DNA of 64,000 bases from Isurus oxyrinchus (Eukaryota): NCBI GenBank assembly GCA_026770705.1, contig JANJGN010000016.1:48856001-48920000 (forward strand). Direction: 5' to 3'. Under the pieces are notes generated by a model that had not been told where the DNA came from, ran no database searches, and was given only the letters and a program-made list of their open reading frames with translations. A program made the position numbers and the translations under genes. Every line of letters starts with the position of its first letter. The first letter of the stretch is position 1. This document shows, piece after piece, positions 51,293 to 62,718 of this stretch.

Positions 51293-54200
51293 CTTTATTC
51301 ATTTGTGGGATGTGGGCAACGCTGGCTAGGACAGCATTTATTGCCCATCCCTAGTTGCTCTTGAGAAAGTGGTGGGCAGCTGCCTTCTTGAACCGCTGCA
51401 GTCCCTGTGGTGTTCGGGAGGGAGTTCCAGGATTTTGATCCAGTGACAGTGAAGGAACGGTGATATATTTCCAAGTTAGGATGGTGAAGGGCTTGGAGTG
51501 GAGCTCCAGGTGGTGGTGTTCCCATGTATCTGCTGCCCTTGATCTTCTAGATGGCAGCAGTCATGGACTTGGAAGGCTCTTCCCAAGGAATCTTGGTGGG
51601 TTTCTGCAGTGCATCTTGTAGATGGTACACTACTGCCACTGTGCATTGGTGGTGGAGGAAGTGAATGTTTGTGGATGGGGTGCCAATCAAGCGGGCTGCT
51701 TTGTCCTGGTTTGTGTCAAGTGTTTGAGTATTGTTGGAGCAGCACTCATCCAGGCAAGTGGAGAGTATTCCATCACACTCCTGACTTGTGCCTTGTAGAT
51801 AGTAGACAGGCTTTAGGGAGTCAGGTGGTGAGTTACTCGTTGCAGGACTCCTAGCCTCTGACCTGCTTTTCTAACCACAGTATTTATACGGCTAGTCCAG
51901 TTCAGTTTCTGGTCAATGGCAACCCCCAGGATGTTGATAGTGGGGGGATTCAGCGATGGTAATTCCATTGAATGTCAAGGGGCAATGATTAGGTTAACTC
52001 TTGTTGGACGTGGTCATTGCCTGGCACTTGTGTAGCGTGAAAGTTACTTTCCACATGTCAGCCCAAGCCTGGATGTTGTCCGGGTCTTCCTACATTTGGA
52101 CATGGACTGTTTCAGTATCTGAGGAGTTGCGAATGATGCTGAACATTGCACAATCATCAGCGAACATCCCCACTTCTGACCTTATAATGGAAGGTAGGTC
52201 ATTGATGAAGCAGCTAAAGATGGTTGGGGCCAGAACATTACCCTGAGGAACTCCTGCAATGAGATCCTGGAACTGAGATGATTGACCTCCAAGAACCACA
52301 AACATCTTCCTTTGCACTCGAAATGACTCCATCCAGCGGAGCGTTTTCCCCCGATTCCAATTGACTCCAGTTTTGCTAGGGCTTCTTGATGCCACACTCA
52401 GTCAAATGCTGCCTTAATGTCAAGGGCAGTCACTCTCATCTCACCTCTGGAGTTCTGCTCTTCTGTCCATGTTTGAACCAAGGCTGTACTGAGGTCAGAA
52501 ACTGACTGACCCTGGTGGAACCCAAACTGAGTTTCAGTGAGCAGGTTATTGCTAAGCAAGTGCCACTTGATAGTACAGTTGATGACCGCTTCCATCACTT
52601 TACCGATGATTGAGAGTAGACTGATGGAGCAGTAATTGGCCAGATTGGACTTGCCCTGCTTTTTGTGTACAGGACATACCTGGGCAATTTTCCACAATAG
52701 TGGGTAGATGCCAGTGTTGTAGCTGTACTGAAACAGCTTGGCGAGGGGTGTGGCAATTTCTGGAGCACAAGCCTATAGTGCTATTGACAAAATACTGTCT
52801 TGGCCTCTTGTCTTTGCAGTATTCTGTGCCTTTAGCCATTTCTTGATATCACGTGGAGCGGTTCGAATTGGCTGAAAACTGGCACCAGTGATGCTGGGGA
52901 CCTCTGGAGGAGATCGAGATGGATCATCCACTCCGTACTCCTGGCCAATAATTGTTGCAAATGCTTCAGCCTTGCCTTTTGCACTGCTGTGCTGGGCTCC
53001 TCCATCATTGAGGATGGGGATACCAGTGGAGCCTCCTCCTCGAGAGAATTGTTTAATTGTCCACCATCATTTATGACTGGATGTGGCAGGACAGCAGAAC
53101 TTAGATCTGATCCATTGGTTGTGGGATCGCTTAGCTCTGTCTATCACTTTCTGCTTATGCTGTTTGACACGCAAGTAATCCTATGTTGTAGCTTCTTCAC
53201 CAGGTTGAGACCTAATTTTTAGGCATGCCTGGTGCTGCTCCTGGAATGCCCTCCTGCACTCTTCATTGAGCCAGGGTTGATCCCCTGGCTTGGTAGCATT
53301 CAAAGTGGGGGATGCACCGCTCCATGAGGTTACAGATTGTGGTTAGGTTCTGCTGCTGCTGATGGCCCACAGCACCTCACGGGTGCCCTGTATTGAATTG
53401 CTAGATCTGTTTGAAATCTATCCCATTTAGCACAGTGACAGTGCCACACAACCCAATGTGAAGATGGCACTTCATCTCCACAAGGACTGTGCAGTGATCA
53501 CTCCTATCAATACTATTGTGGGCAGATGCATCTGTAGCAGGCAGGTTGGTGAAGGTGAGGTTAAATATATTTTTCCCTCTTGTTGAATCTCTTACCACCT
53601 GACTCAGTCCAGCAGCTATGTTATTTAGGATTCACCAGCTCGGTCAGTAGTGATGCTCACGACCCACTCTTGGTGATGGACATTGAAGAACCCCCACCCA
53701 GTGTTCACTCTTGCCACCCTCAGTTCTTCCTCCAAGTGGTATTCAACATGGAGAAGCACTGATTCGTCAGCTGAGGGGGTGGGGTGGTACGTGATAATCG
53801 GCAGGAGGTTTTCTTGCCCATGTTTGACTTGATGCCATAGACTTAATGGGCTGATGTTGAGGACTCCCAGGGCAACACCCTCCCGACTGTACACCACGGT
53901 GCTGCCACCTCTGCTGGGTCTGTTCTTTGGTGAGACAGGATATTCCCAGGGATGGTGATGGTGATGCCTGGGGCATTATCTGTAAGGTATGATTCCGTGA
54001 GTATGACTGTGTCAGGCTGTTGCTTGGCTAGTCTGTGAGACAGCTCTCCCAAGCCCACCGTTGTTAATAAGGAGGACTGTGTAGGGCCGAGGGGACTGGG
54101 TTTGCCACTGTTGTTTCCGGTGCCTAGATTGATGCCAGGTGGTAGGTCTGGTTTCATTCCTTTTTATTGACTTCTTAACAGCTTGATACAACTGAGTGGC

Positions 54201-54488
54201 CATTTTGGAGGACATTTAACAGTCAACCACGTTACTGCACCTGTGGAGTAGCATGTTGGACAGACTAGGTGACGGTGGCTGATTTCCTTCCTTAAAGAGC
54301 TTATTGAACCAGATGAGTTTTTAGGACAATCGACAATGCTTTCATGGTCATCATTAGACTTTTAATTTCTGATTTTTTTATTGAATTCAAATTCCACTAT
54401 TTGCTGTGGTGGGATTCAAACCTGGGCCCCCAGAGCTTTACCCTGGGTCTCTGGATCACCAGTCCATTGACAATACCGCTGCCTCCTC
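51293..54488 (-). mobile_element. Apparently full-length (~3.2 kb) LINE family A: tRNA-derived head, single disrupted APE-RT ORF, 3' tail
   Basis: ATG at 54157: MKPD..VGLGELSHRLAKQQPDTVILTESYL (APE N-terminus); SDH (DRSDHC); WKIAQVCPVHKK..ALDIKAAFD; GVPQGNVLAPTIFSCFINDL..MFADDC; B box GGTTTGAATCCC at 54411-54422 (-). Confidence 0.92.
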
Positions 54489-54491
54489 TTG

Positions 54492-57400
54492 AGGCCGGAA
54501 TTTTCCACCTCCATTGGTGTCAGGTGTCATGGCAGGTGCGAACGGGCAATATGGTGAGAAGGCAAAAATCGGTTTCAGAACATCGTGAAACCATTTTGTG
54601 ATCGTCCGCTCCACCTGTCAGTGGCAGGCTGCCTTTCCTGCCATGGCAAGCCTGGAATATCATTTTAATAAATCTGCATATAATTATAAGCCTAGCTCAC
54701 CAGAACCAACTCCCTCCACAATGGACCACGTTTTCATGTCGGTGGGAAAACATGCTGGCCAAAACACATCTTGACCAAGTGTGACATGCAGAAGCCGGGA
54801 CTTAGCGTTAGAGCCTTGCTCACATCACAGACATCCGAGGAGCAGAAGATGCCAGAGTCCTGGAGGACACGTGCATCAAATGCTGGGTGGATTTATAGGA
54901 ACATGGCTCCTCCATGAAGTAGCTCACGGAAGGTGGAAGGTCACCGTTGATGTCTGGGGTCTGCTTCGGTGCATCAGGGTCTTGGTGCTATGGATGATTG
55001 TTGAGGGGGTGGAGAGGAAGGTCTCGGTTCCTCTGTGAGAGGAAGGTGTGCTGGGGGGAGGGCAATGATGGTGTCGGGGGTTGAGGTTGGGAGGGAAAAC
55101 GATGCTGTTGACATGGTTGGGTTGGGAGTATGGGGGGAGGAGCATGTAATGGGAGAATGCAGCAACTGAGGTGGTAGGTGTAAGGGGCGAGGAAGGAGTA
55201 AGTGAAGGAATTTGGAGGGGGCAAGATTCTGGAGGGGAAGAAGGAGTCTCGGGGGTTGGTGGGGGGAGGCAGGAGCAGATGGAATAAGGGGCAGAGGGGA
55301 TGTCCAGGTTGACATGTAAGGGAGGGATCTGTGGAGTTGATGATTGCCTCCTGGGGAGCAAATGGAGGGTGGGTGTGGTAGGAGGGCAAAGTGAGCTGGG
55401 AGGGTGAGGGCGCAATGGAACAGTAGAAAGGACGGTGAGGGCAGTTGGTGGGGACTCTGAGGCAGACACGGACCCTGAGGTGGGAAAGAGGAGGTTTAAG
55501 AGGCCAATGTGGATGGGATGAGGTTCTCGGGAAGATCGGGAATGTACACATTCACCTGAACATCCTGGATAGAAAAGGGTTCTGGTTGGTTGGTTACGGT
55601 GGGGAGATGGAAAGTAAGGCCAGGACGGATCAACAGTGATGGGAGAAAGGACGTGGGTGACTGGGGGAGGAGAAATGACAGGGAAGGTGGAAACATACTT
55701 TACAATCACCATGCTTATGAAATTGAAAGTGAGAGGAGCCTTGTGTTAGGTGGGAACCGGTGCTGCTTGGGAGTTCAATCAGTGGGTGGGCAGACACACA
55801 GAACAGTTCAGATGGACAACTGAAAGAGAACCCCAGCGGGCAGCATTGCAAATGCTCGGGACATTGAGATGAGTGTGATGGAGGAAGGATCCATGTGTGT
55901 GGGAGAATTCTTGTACGAGGGTCCGAAAAGTCCTGCCCCACGCGCACGGACATAGACACACACACATAGACACACACCCCTCTAAAATCGCTTCTGGTCC
56001 GGCTGCGTGCACCTGAACAGTTGGTGGGGTGGGATGTAGGGGGATTGCTTGCAAAGTCTAAATGAAGCTGAAAGACATCATTTCATATTACTTAGTGACA
56101 GTGAATATATTTACAGATTATAAAGTGACAAAATGTGTTCACCCATGCAGCCATGTGATCAGAAATTCTTAACTTCCCAGGCCTACCACTTCTAAGTGCT
56201 GCCCTGACATCTGCAGCAGGGGTGGAGACAGCTTGTGCAATGGTTTTCTCTGATGACCTTGGCATGGGCCCTCTGGAGAGCTGAGGTCTTGAGGGCCACA
56301 GCTTGCTTTGGCTGTCCTCCTGTGGGCCAGCTGCTTCCTCTGCGGTGACAAAGGATGAGGTTGAGGGGGTCACAGGCAAAGGGAACTGGGAGGGAGAGGA
56401 TAGCTTTTGAGATTGCTAAGTGGATGACCCAGGTGTGAGAACTACTGCTCCTCCTCCCTTTGGATGCCTGAGGGTTCCAGCCTGGCTTCTTGAGGGGGAG
56501 GAGCACCTAGAGGGATGTCAAAGTGCCCCATTACCCCCTCACTTTGCCACTACAGGAACTCGCCCATTGCTGCCGTGATGGATTGCAAGACTGCACATAT
56601 CTCCACGTTCTGCTGGACCAGGGTCTGCATGACATCTACCACTTCATCAGAGAGCAGGTGGATGCACTCCTCTGACTTGCGTGCCACTCTGTTGAGGGTT
56701 TCCACAGCTCTGCATGATGTTCCACTGCCTTCTGCTGATTCTCCACGATGAGTTAGAAGACCGAATCCAAAGGCTCGTCATCTGACTCTGACTTCATAGA
56801 TGTCTCTTCCCCAGCAGCCCTCTGAGTGTCGGGGAGCTTGGCTGAACCTGCTTCCTCCTCTGTTGCAGACGTATGTCTGTGCGGTGACCACCAGCTTGTG
56901 AACCCGAGCCTGCTCTAGATCTAGGTTACACCGAAGTGCGTCCCTGTGCTGATGGAGGGTGTGGGTAAGCACTGTAGCAGGATTTCCAGGCTGCTTATTT
57001 CCAGCTCTTCAGTGGAGGAGTTGTCCTCTTCGTTGGGAGTGCGGACCTGGATGGAGCTGAGGGACTGGCTGGCTGAGGGTGTTGGTCGCTTGGCAGAGTT
57101 CCCTGTGAACAAAAGTAGAGATAATGAGTGTAAGGCAGCAGAATCAAAAGCAGGAGGGATAGAGCACTCACAGTTGCGCTGAGAGAGAGATGATGTGGTG
57201 CAGGATCCTCATGTGGGTATTTGCCACCAGCCTCACTGTCACTACAGGCATGCTCCATGTCCTTACCAATCAGCATGATGGCACGCTCCTCAAAGTGAGT
57301 GAGGGGCCCAATGTGGGCCACTCCACCTCTGGCCTGGGATCTCTTCCTGCTGCTGTGAGCCAGCTTCTCCTGCATGAAAACAGATGGAGAGTGTGAGCAT

Positions 57401-58107
57401 GATGCATGGCATTGTGTGGAATGTTTGTGTGGTGAATGGGGCCATAGATGGGATGAGTATGTGAGCTCCAGAGGATATGATGGAGATGTGTGGGTGTGTG
57501 AGAGAGTTAGTGGTGCTGACTCTTGAGGTGTGAGGTGGATGTGTGATGGATTTGAATGTGTGAGTTGAGAGTGATGAGAAGAGTGACTTACTCTGCTGGA
57601 ACGGATGGGAGCATTCATCTTCCTCCTGCACTGGATGGCTGTCCTCTTTTGTAGGGCATGGGCACTAACCACTGCTGCCACTGTGTCCCATGTTGGATTG
57701 ATGACTTTGCTTGCTCGTCTTCCCCCAGAGCCGGGGGGAATACCTTGCGGCCGGCCTCTACTGCGTCCAGTAGGTGCTTGAAGGAGGTGTTGCTAAATCT
57801 GGGGGCAGTATGTTTCCTCCCTTTGGCAGCCATCAGTTCCCAGCACCTTCCTATCCCTTGAGTGCTAGCTCTGTGCAGGGGCGGCCTTTGAATATGGTGC
57901 CCGGTTTACTGAAGGCCTTAGGTGACGGTGGGCAGGTGAATTGGAGGCTGTGACGCCAGCAATTCAGCATGCTTCCTGGGAATACATAATTAATGAGGTG
58001 GGAATGGAAAGATATGGCGTGAAAAGCCGCAATTGTGGCCAACAGGTAAAATGTCCTTTTTCTCACCCGCTACCACTCTTAGTGCAAATCTGAGGCAATT
58101 CCACCCC
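54492..58107 (-). mobile_element. PIF/Harbinger-type DNA transposon derivative carrying the Myb/SANT gene; no recognisable transposase
   Basis: Imperfect TIRs AGGCCGGAATT (54492) / AATTCCACCCC (58107); contains a Myb/SANT-like gene; TSD not evident. Confidence 0.7.
56170..57833 (-). pseudogene. Harbinger-associated Myb/SANT (trihelix-like) DNA-binding gene, 3 exons, frameshifted
   Basis: Exon 1 57833-57592: MAAKGRKHTAPRFSNTSFKHLLDAVEAGRKVF..(frameshift)..MAAVVSAHALQKRTAIQCRRKMN, donor GTAAGT. Exon 2 57369-57172: EKLAHSSRKRSQARGG..PLTHFEER, CAG acceptor and GTGAGT donor. Exon 3 from 57102 is low-complexity and ends near ALRSGRPGKLR. Confidence 0.78.
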
Positions 58108-58429
58108 AAGACTTCCCCAGACCTCTGTGTCTGCTATTTTGTTTGCTAATCTTCGGAGTTTTCCCCTCCTGTAAAAATTGCAAAGGAGGGAGGAGAGGCA
58201 GAGAGGTCTAGAAAGGTAATTCTAGAGCTTTAGAGACTGATAGCTGAATGTATGGCTGCCAATGATAGTGATCAACAAGCCAGAATTGGATGAATGCAGA
58301 TACCTTGGAGGGTTGTAGGGCTGGAGGAAATTGCAGAGATGGGGAGAGGTAAGACAAAAGAGGGATTTCAAAGCAAAGATGAGTACTTTAAAATTCAAGG
58401 GTTGCTTAACCAATAACCAGTGTAGGTCA

Positions 58430-59046
58430 GTGGATGCAAGTCTGAACTCCGAGCTTATGGTCAGAGACTTTGGCCAGATATGTGGGACATACCCAGATAT
58501 TTATCCAGGAAACGTTATGCTAGTTAATACCTGGTCTAATTCACCAGTGTAACTGAACTGAGCACCACAACTGATCCCCCTCACCGACACTCTCTGCCAC
58601 AACTCCCCCCAACCCAGCTGCCCAACCCACCTGTCCATTCGACCAGGCACCCCCACCCGACCTGACTACCTACCCCAACTCAACCACCCCCCCCACCTGA
58701 CCTTATGACGCGCCTGACCTAACAATATCCCCATCCTCTCTGCCTGCTCAACCTGACTGCTTGCACATTTGTCTACTTACACGCTCACTTGTATTCATTA
58801 AAAGACTTGAGACCATTAAAAATTTACCTGAATATGGCAGCTAGTCCAATGAAAAAAGGGTGTGTCCCCTTCTTTGATTTTCCTGCGCTCGCTGGACTTA
58901 CCCTGGAAAGGCTGAATTGACCCATTCCTGCTTCAGCTGGGATTGGAAAGTCCTGGCTGAAAATGGGTAGCTCTGTCGGGACATACACAACATTGTTTGC
59001 AGTGACAGCCTGCCCAACATTGCTGCTGACTGGAAGATCTGGGCCA
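58430..59046. mobile_element. MITE-like DNA element fragment in L2
   Basis: Ends GGAAGATCTGGGCC (TIR-like); C-rich internal tract; interrupts L2. Confidence 0.45.
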
Positions 59047-59564
59047 ATGATTTTGGTCTTTTCAATATTTAGTTGAGGGAAATTTTTGTTCATTCAGTGC
59101 TAAACATCAAGCAAGTTGTCTGATAATTTAAAGACAATGGAGTGTTTGAGGAGATAGTAATGAGATAGAGCTGGGTGTCATCAGGGTACGTGTAGACGCT
59201 GACTGTGTTTTCTGTGTCACACAGAGGCAGCTTGCAAATGAAATGCAGAAGGGTGCTAAGGATAGACCCTGGGGGATACCTGAGGTAATGGTATGAGAGT
59301 AGGAAGAGAAGACATTGCAGGTAATTATATAGCTGTGGCTGGATAGATAAGAATGGAACAAAGCAAATGCACTCCCACCCAGCTGGATAATGGTAGGAGG
59401 GCATTGAACGAGGATGTTGTGGTCATCTGTGTCAAAAGCAGCAGATAGGTTTAAAAAAAAAACACGAGAAGGGAAAGCTTACCTTTGCCACAGTCATGAA
59501 GGATGTAATTGGTCATTTTGATAGCAGTTTGAGGCACAGAAACTTGATTGGAAGGATTCAAACA

Positions 59565-60155
59565 TTGGCCTGAATTTTGCAGTCAGCAGCTTGCCATTGG
59601 CCATGAAAAAAGCTCCCCATAAAGATCATGCAATCTCTGCAGTGCAGTCTTCCCCATTCCAGACAGCAGTGTAAATTTGGTGCCAAGTCAAGGGGATTTC
59701 CAGGCATGCAGCAGGAATGATGTCAGCAGCCAATCACATTGAAGTATTCTCACAGACAGCAAACCAGGATGTTAAAAGCACTTAATCCTTCCATTTTAAT
59801 TTAAATTTTCAGAAAATGAAATCAGTTGATTGGATTTAGAATCTAAAATATTAATATAAACAAATTTAAAGTTTATAGATTTTTTAAATCATAATGGAGA
59901 AAATTTACATTCCATAAATATAAAATTAGCCTTTTCGGGCCATTGACTGTGCTTAGCAGTAATTATGAAGTACGCCATTAAAAACCCAGTTACACTCTAT
60001 CCAACAAGATAATTTTTTCAAGAGTTTTTAAAGCAAGGCAAACAGTGTACAATGGAAGTTCTTGCCAATTCATAGATGTTTCACTGATTGCAGTCAAGGT
60101 GGACCTTAACAGTGCATTCTCTGGACAAGCATAGAATCACAGACAGCAACTTCTT
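59565..60155. mobile_element. MITE-like DNA element fragment in L2
   Basis: Starts GGCCTGAATTTT, similar to the Harbinger TIR at 54492; interrupts L2. Confidence 0.45.
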
Positions 60156-60247
60156 GGAGGGAAGGATTGTTGATGGCAGGTTTGAAAGAGAGGGGAGCAG
60201 TACCTGAGGAGGGACACCTTTAACAATGCAGGCTAACACATTAACCA

Positions 60248-60672
60248 TGGCCTACTTGGCAGCACTTATGCCTCTGAGCCAGGAGGTTGTGAGTTCAAGT
60301 CTCACTCCAAGACTTGAGCACAAAAATCAAGGCTAAAACTCCAGTGCAGCACCAAGGGAGTGCAGAAATGTTTGAGGTGCCATCCTTCAGAAGAGACATT
60401 AAACCAAGGCCCTATTTATCCTCTCAGTTAGACATAAGATATCGCATGGTACAATTCGAAGAAGGACAAAGGTGTTATCCCCAGTGACTTGGTTGATATT
60501 TATCCCTAAATCAACATCACAAAAGTAGATTATCTACTCATTATTGCATTGCTGTTTGTGGGAACTTGTTGTGCGCAAATTAGTTGCCACGTTTCTATAT
60601 TACAACAGCGACTACTTCCTTGGTTATAAAATGCTTTAGGACATCCGTTGGCCAGAAAAGACACTATATAGC
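60248..60672 (+). mobile_element. Near full-length tRNA-headed Deu-domain SINE (SacSINE1-like)
   Basis: Head with B box GAGTTCAAGTC (~60291), conserved body, L2-like tail (tataaaatgctttaggacatcc..aaagacactatata). Confidence 0.8.
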
Positions 60673-61759
60673 TTTTTTAATATAGGTTCCAGGAAAAAAT
60701 TCAGGTGGTTAGCAGATTAGTAGGAATAAGGTTAAGGGAACAGAATGTGGGCCTTGTAGACAAGATGAGCTTGGAAAGAGCATTGAGGGGATTGGGATGA
60801 AGCAAGAAAGATGCAAGTTCATGCTAGTAGTGCAGGGGCAAACTTTAAGAGGAAGTTTGAACTGGTTTGTTAGGGGGAAGGAAATCACAGGTAGCTGGTC
60901 AGATGGCCTCAACCTTAGTGACAAAGAAGTCAATTAGCTCCTCTTACTTGTTTGAGTTGGGACTGGAAGAGACGGGGAAAAGGATTTAAGAAGACAGTTG
61001 CCCTCTTGACATTGCAGGATGATCCCGGAATAGTGAGCAGTTTGGGCAGACAAAACAGGGCCCAGAAGCACTTTATATATTTCAACCAGATATGTAGATG
61101 TTAAAGTTTATGTCCCTTGAACTTATGGCAGTAGAGATGAGGTTTGTACCCAGGGGAATGGTCATGGTGGGATGACTAATGTTTTTATTGGGGGCCAGGG
61201 CATCAGAGGTGGAGGTGAGGGTATGGTTGAGCAGATTAGCTACAGAAATTTCATGATGAATGGAGGGGCTACAGGCTAGACAGTTGGAATTTTAAGGGTA
61301 CAATTGCTAATGAATTGGGAGAGCATTGTTTTTCTGGGGTGGACACAAAAGGATGTGGGTTCAGATGGCAAAGGGGGATATTTGTGGAGGGCAATACAAG
61401 GATGTGATCAAAAATTACCTTACCTGACGCTATGGAAACAGTGAGGCCATGTGAGCTGGCAAGTTGAAGCTGTGAATAAGGATTGAGAAGTTTTTTCTGG
61501 AGGGAGAGATTAAGGGAGGATAGAAGGTTTGTGAATTCAAAGGAGAGAAAGCATAATAAATTGAGATAAGCATTTGAAGTCACTGGGGATGAGAAGCCAC
61601 TTAGTGCAGAGGCTGAGGGAGGAAAGCAGTGGGTATATCTCAATGAGAGAATCTTTAGGATAAAGACAAAACAAAACTGCGGATGCTGGAAATCCAAAAC
61701 AAAAACAGAATTACCTGGAAAAACTCAGCAGGTCTGGCAGCATCGGCGGAGAAGAAAAG

Positions 61760-61798
61760 AGTTGACGTTTCGAGTCTTCATGACCCTTCGACAGAACT
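61760..61798 (-). ncRNA. Minimal hammerhead-like motif
   Basis: - strand AGUU CUGUCGA A GGGUC augaa GACUC GAAA CGUC AACU. Confidence 0.7.
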
Positions 61799-62679
61799 TG
61801 ATTTCGAGTCCAGGAAAGAGTTGAAATATAAGCTGGTTTAAGGTGTGTGTGTGTGGGGGGGGGGGGGGGGGGGGGGGAGAGACAGAGGTGCTTGTGTAGA
61901 CAAACAAGCAGTGATAGAAGCAGATCATCAAAAGATGTCAGTGACAATGGGACAAAAGAACACATAGGTGTTAAAGTTGGTGATATTATCTAAACGAATG
62001 TGCTAATTAAGAATGGATGGTAGGGCACTCAAGGTACAGCTCTAGTGGGGGTGGGGGGAGCATAAAAGATTTTAAAATATTTAAAAATAATGGAAATAGG
62101 TGGGAAAAGAAAAATCTATAAAATTTATAGGGGAAAAAAAGGGGGAAAAAAGGGGGGAAACAGAAAGGGGGTGGGGATAGGGGAGGGAGCTCACGACCTA
62201 AAGTTATTGAATTCAATATTCAGACCGGCCTTCCGGTCTGAATATTGAATTCAATAACTTTAGGTCGTGAGCTCCCTCCCCTATCCCCACCCCCTTTCTG
62301 TTTCCCCCCTTTTTTTCCCCTTTTTTTTCCCTATAAATTTTATAGATTTTTCTTTTCCCACCTATTTCCATTATTTTTAAATATTTTAAAATCTTTTATG
62401 CTCCCCCCACCCCCACTAGAGCTGTACCTTGAGTGCCCTACCATCCATTCTTAATTAGCACATTCGTTTAGATAATATCACCAACTTTAACTTTAACACC
62501 TATGTGTTCTTTTGTCCCATTGTCACTGACATCTTTTGATGATCTGCTTCTATCACTGCTTGTTTGTCTACACAAGCACCTCTGTCTCTCTCTCTCTCTC
62601 TCCCCCACCCCCCCCCCCCCCCCCCACACACACACCTTAAACCAGCTTATATTTCAACTCTTTCCTGGACTCGAAATCA

Positions 62680-62718
62680 AGTTCTGTCGAAGGGTCATGA
62701 AGACTCGAAACGTCAACT
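62680..62718 (+). ncRNA. Minimal hammerhead-like motif
   Basis: AGUU CUGUCGA A GGGUC augaa GACUC GAAA CGUC AACU; predicted cleavage after C62714. Confidence 0.7.

Noticed and set aside
54924-55712. 262-aa Pro/Ser/Thr-rich ORF
   Set aside because: Stop-poor because of C-rich low complexity; all three frames are largely open; no domain recognised.
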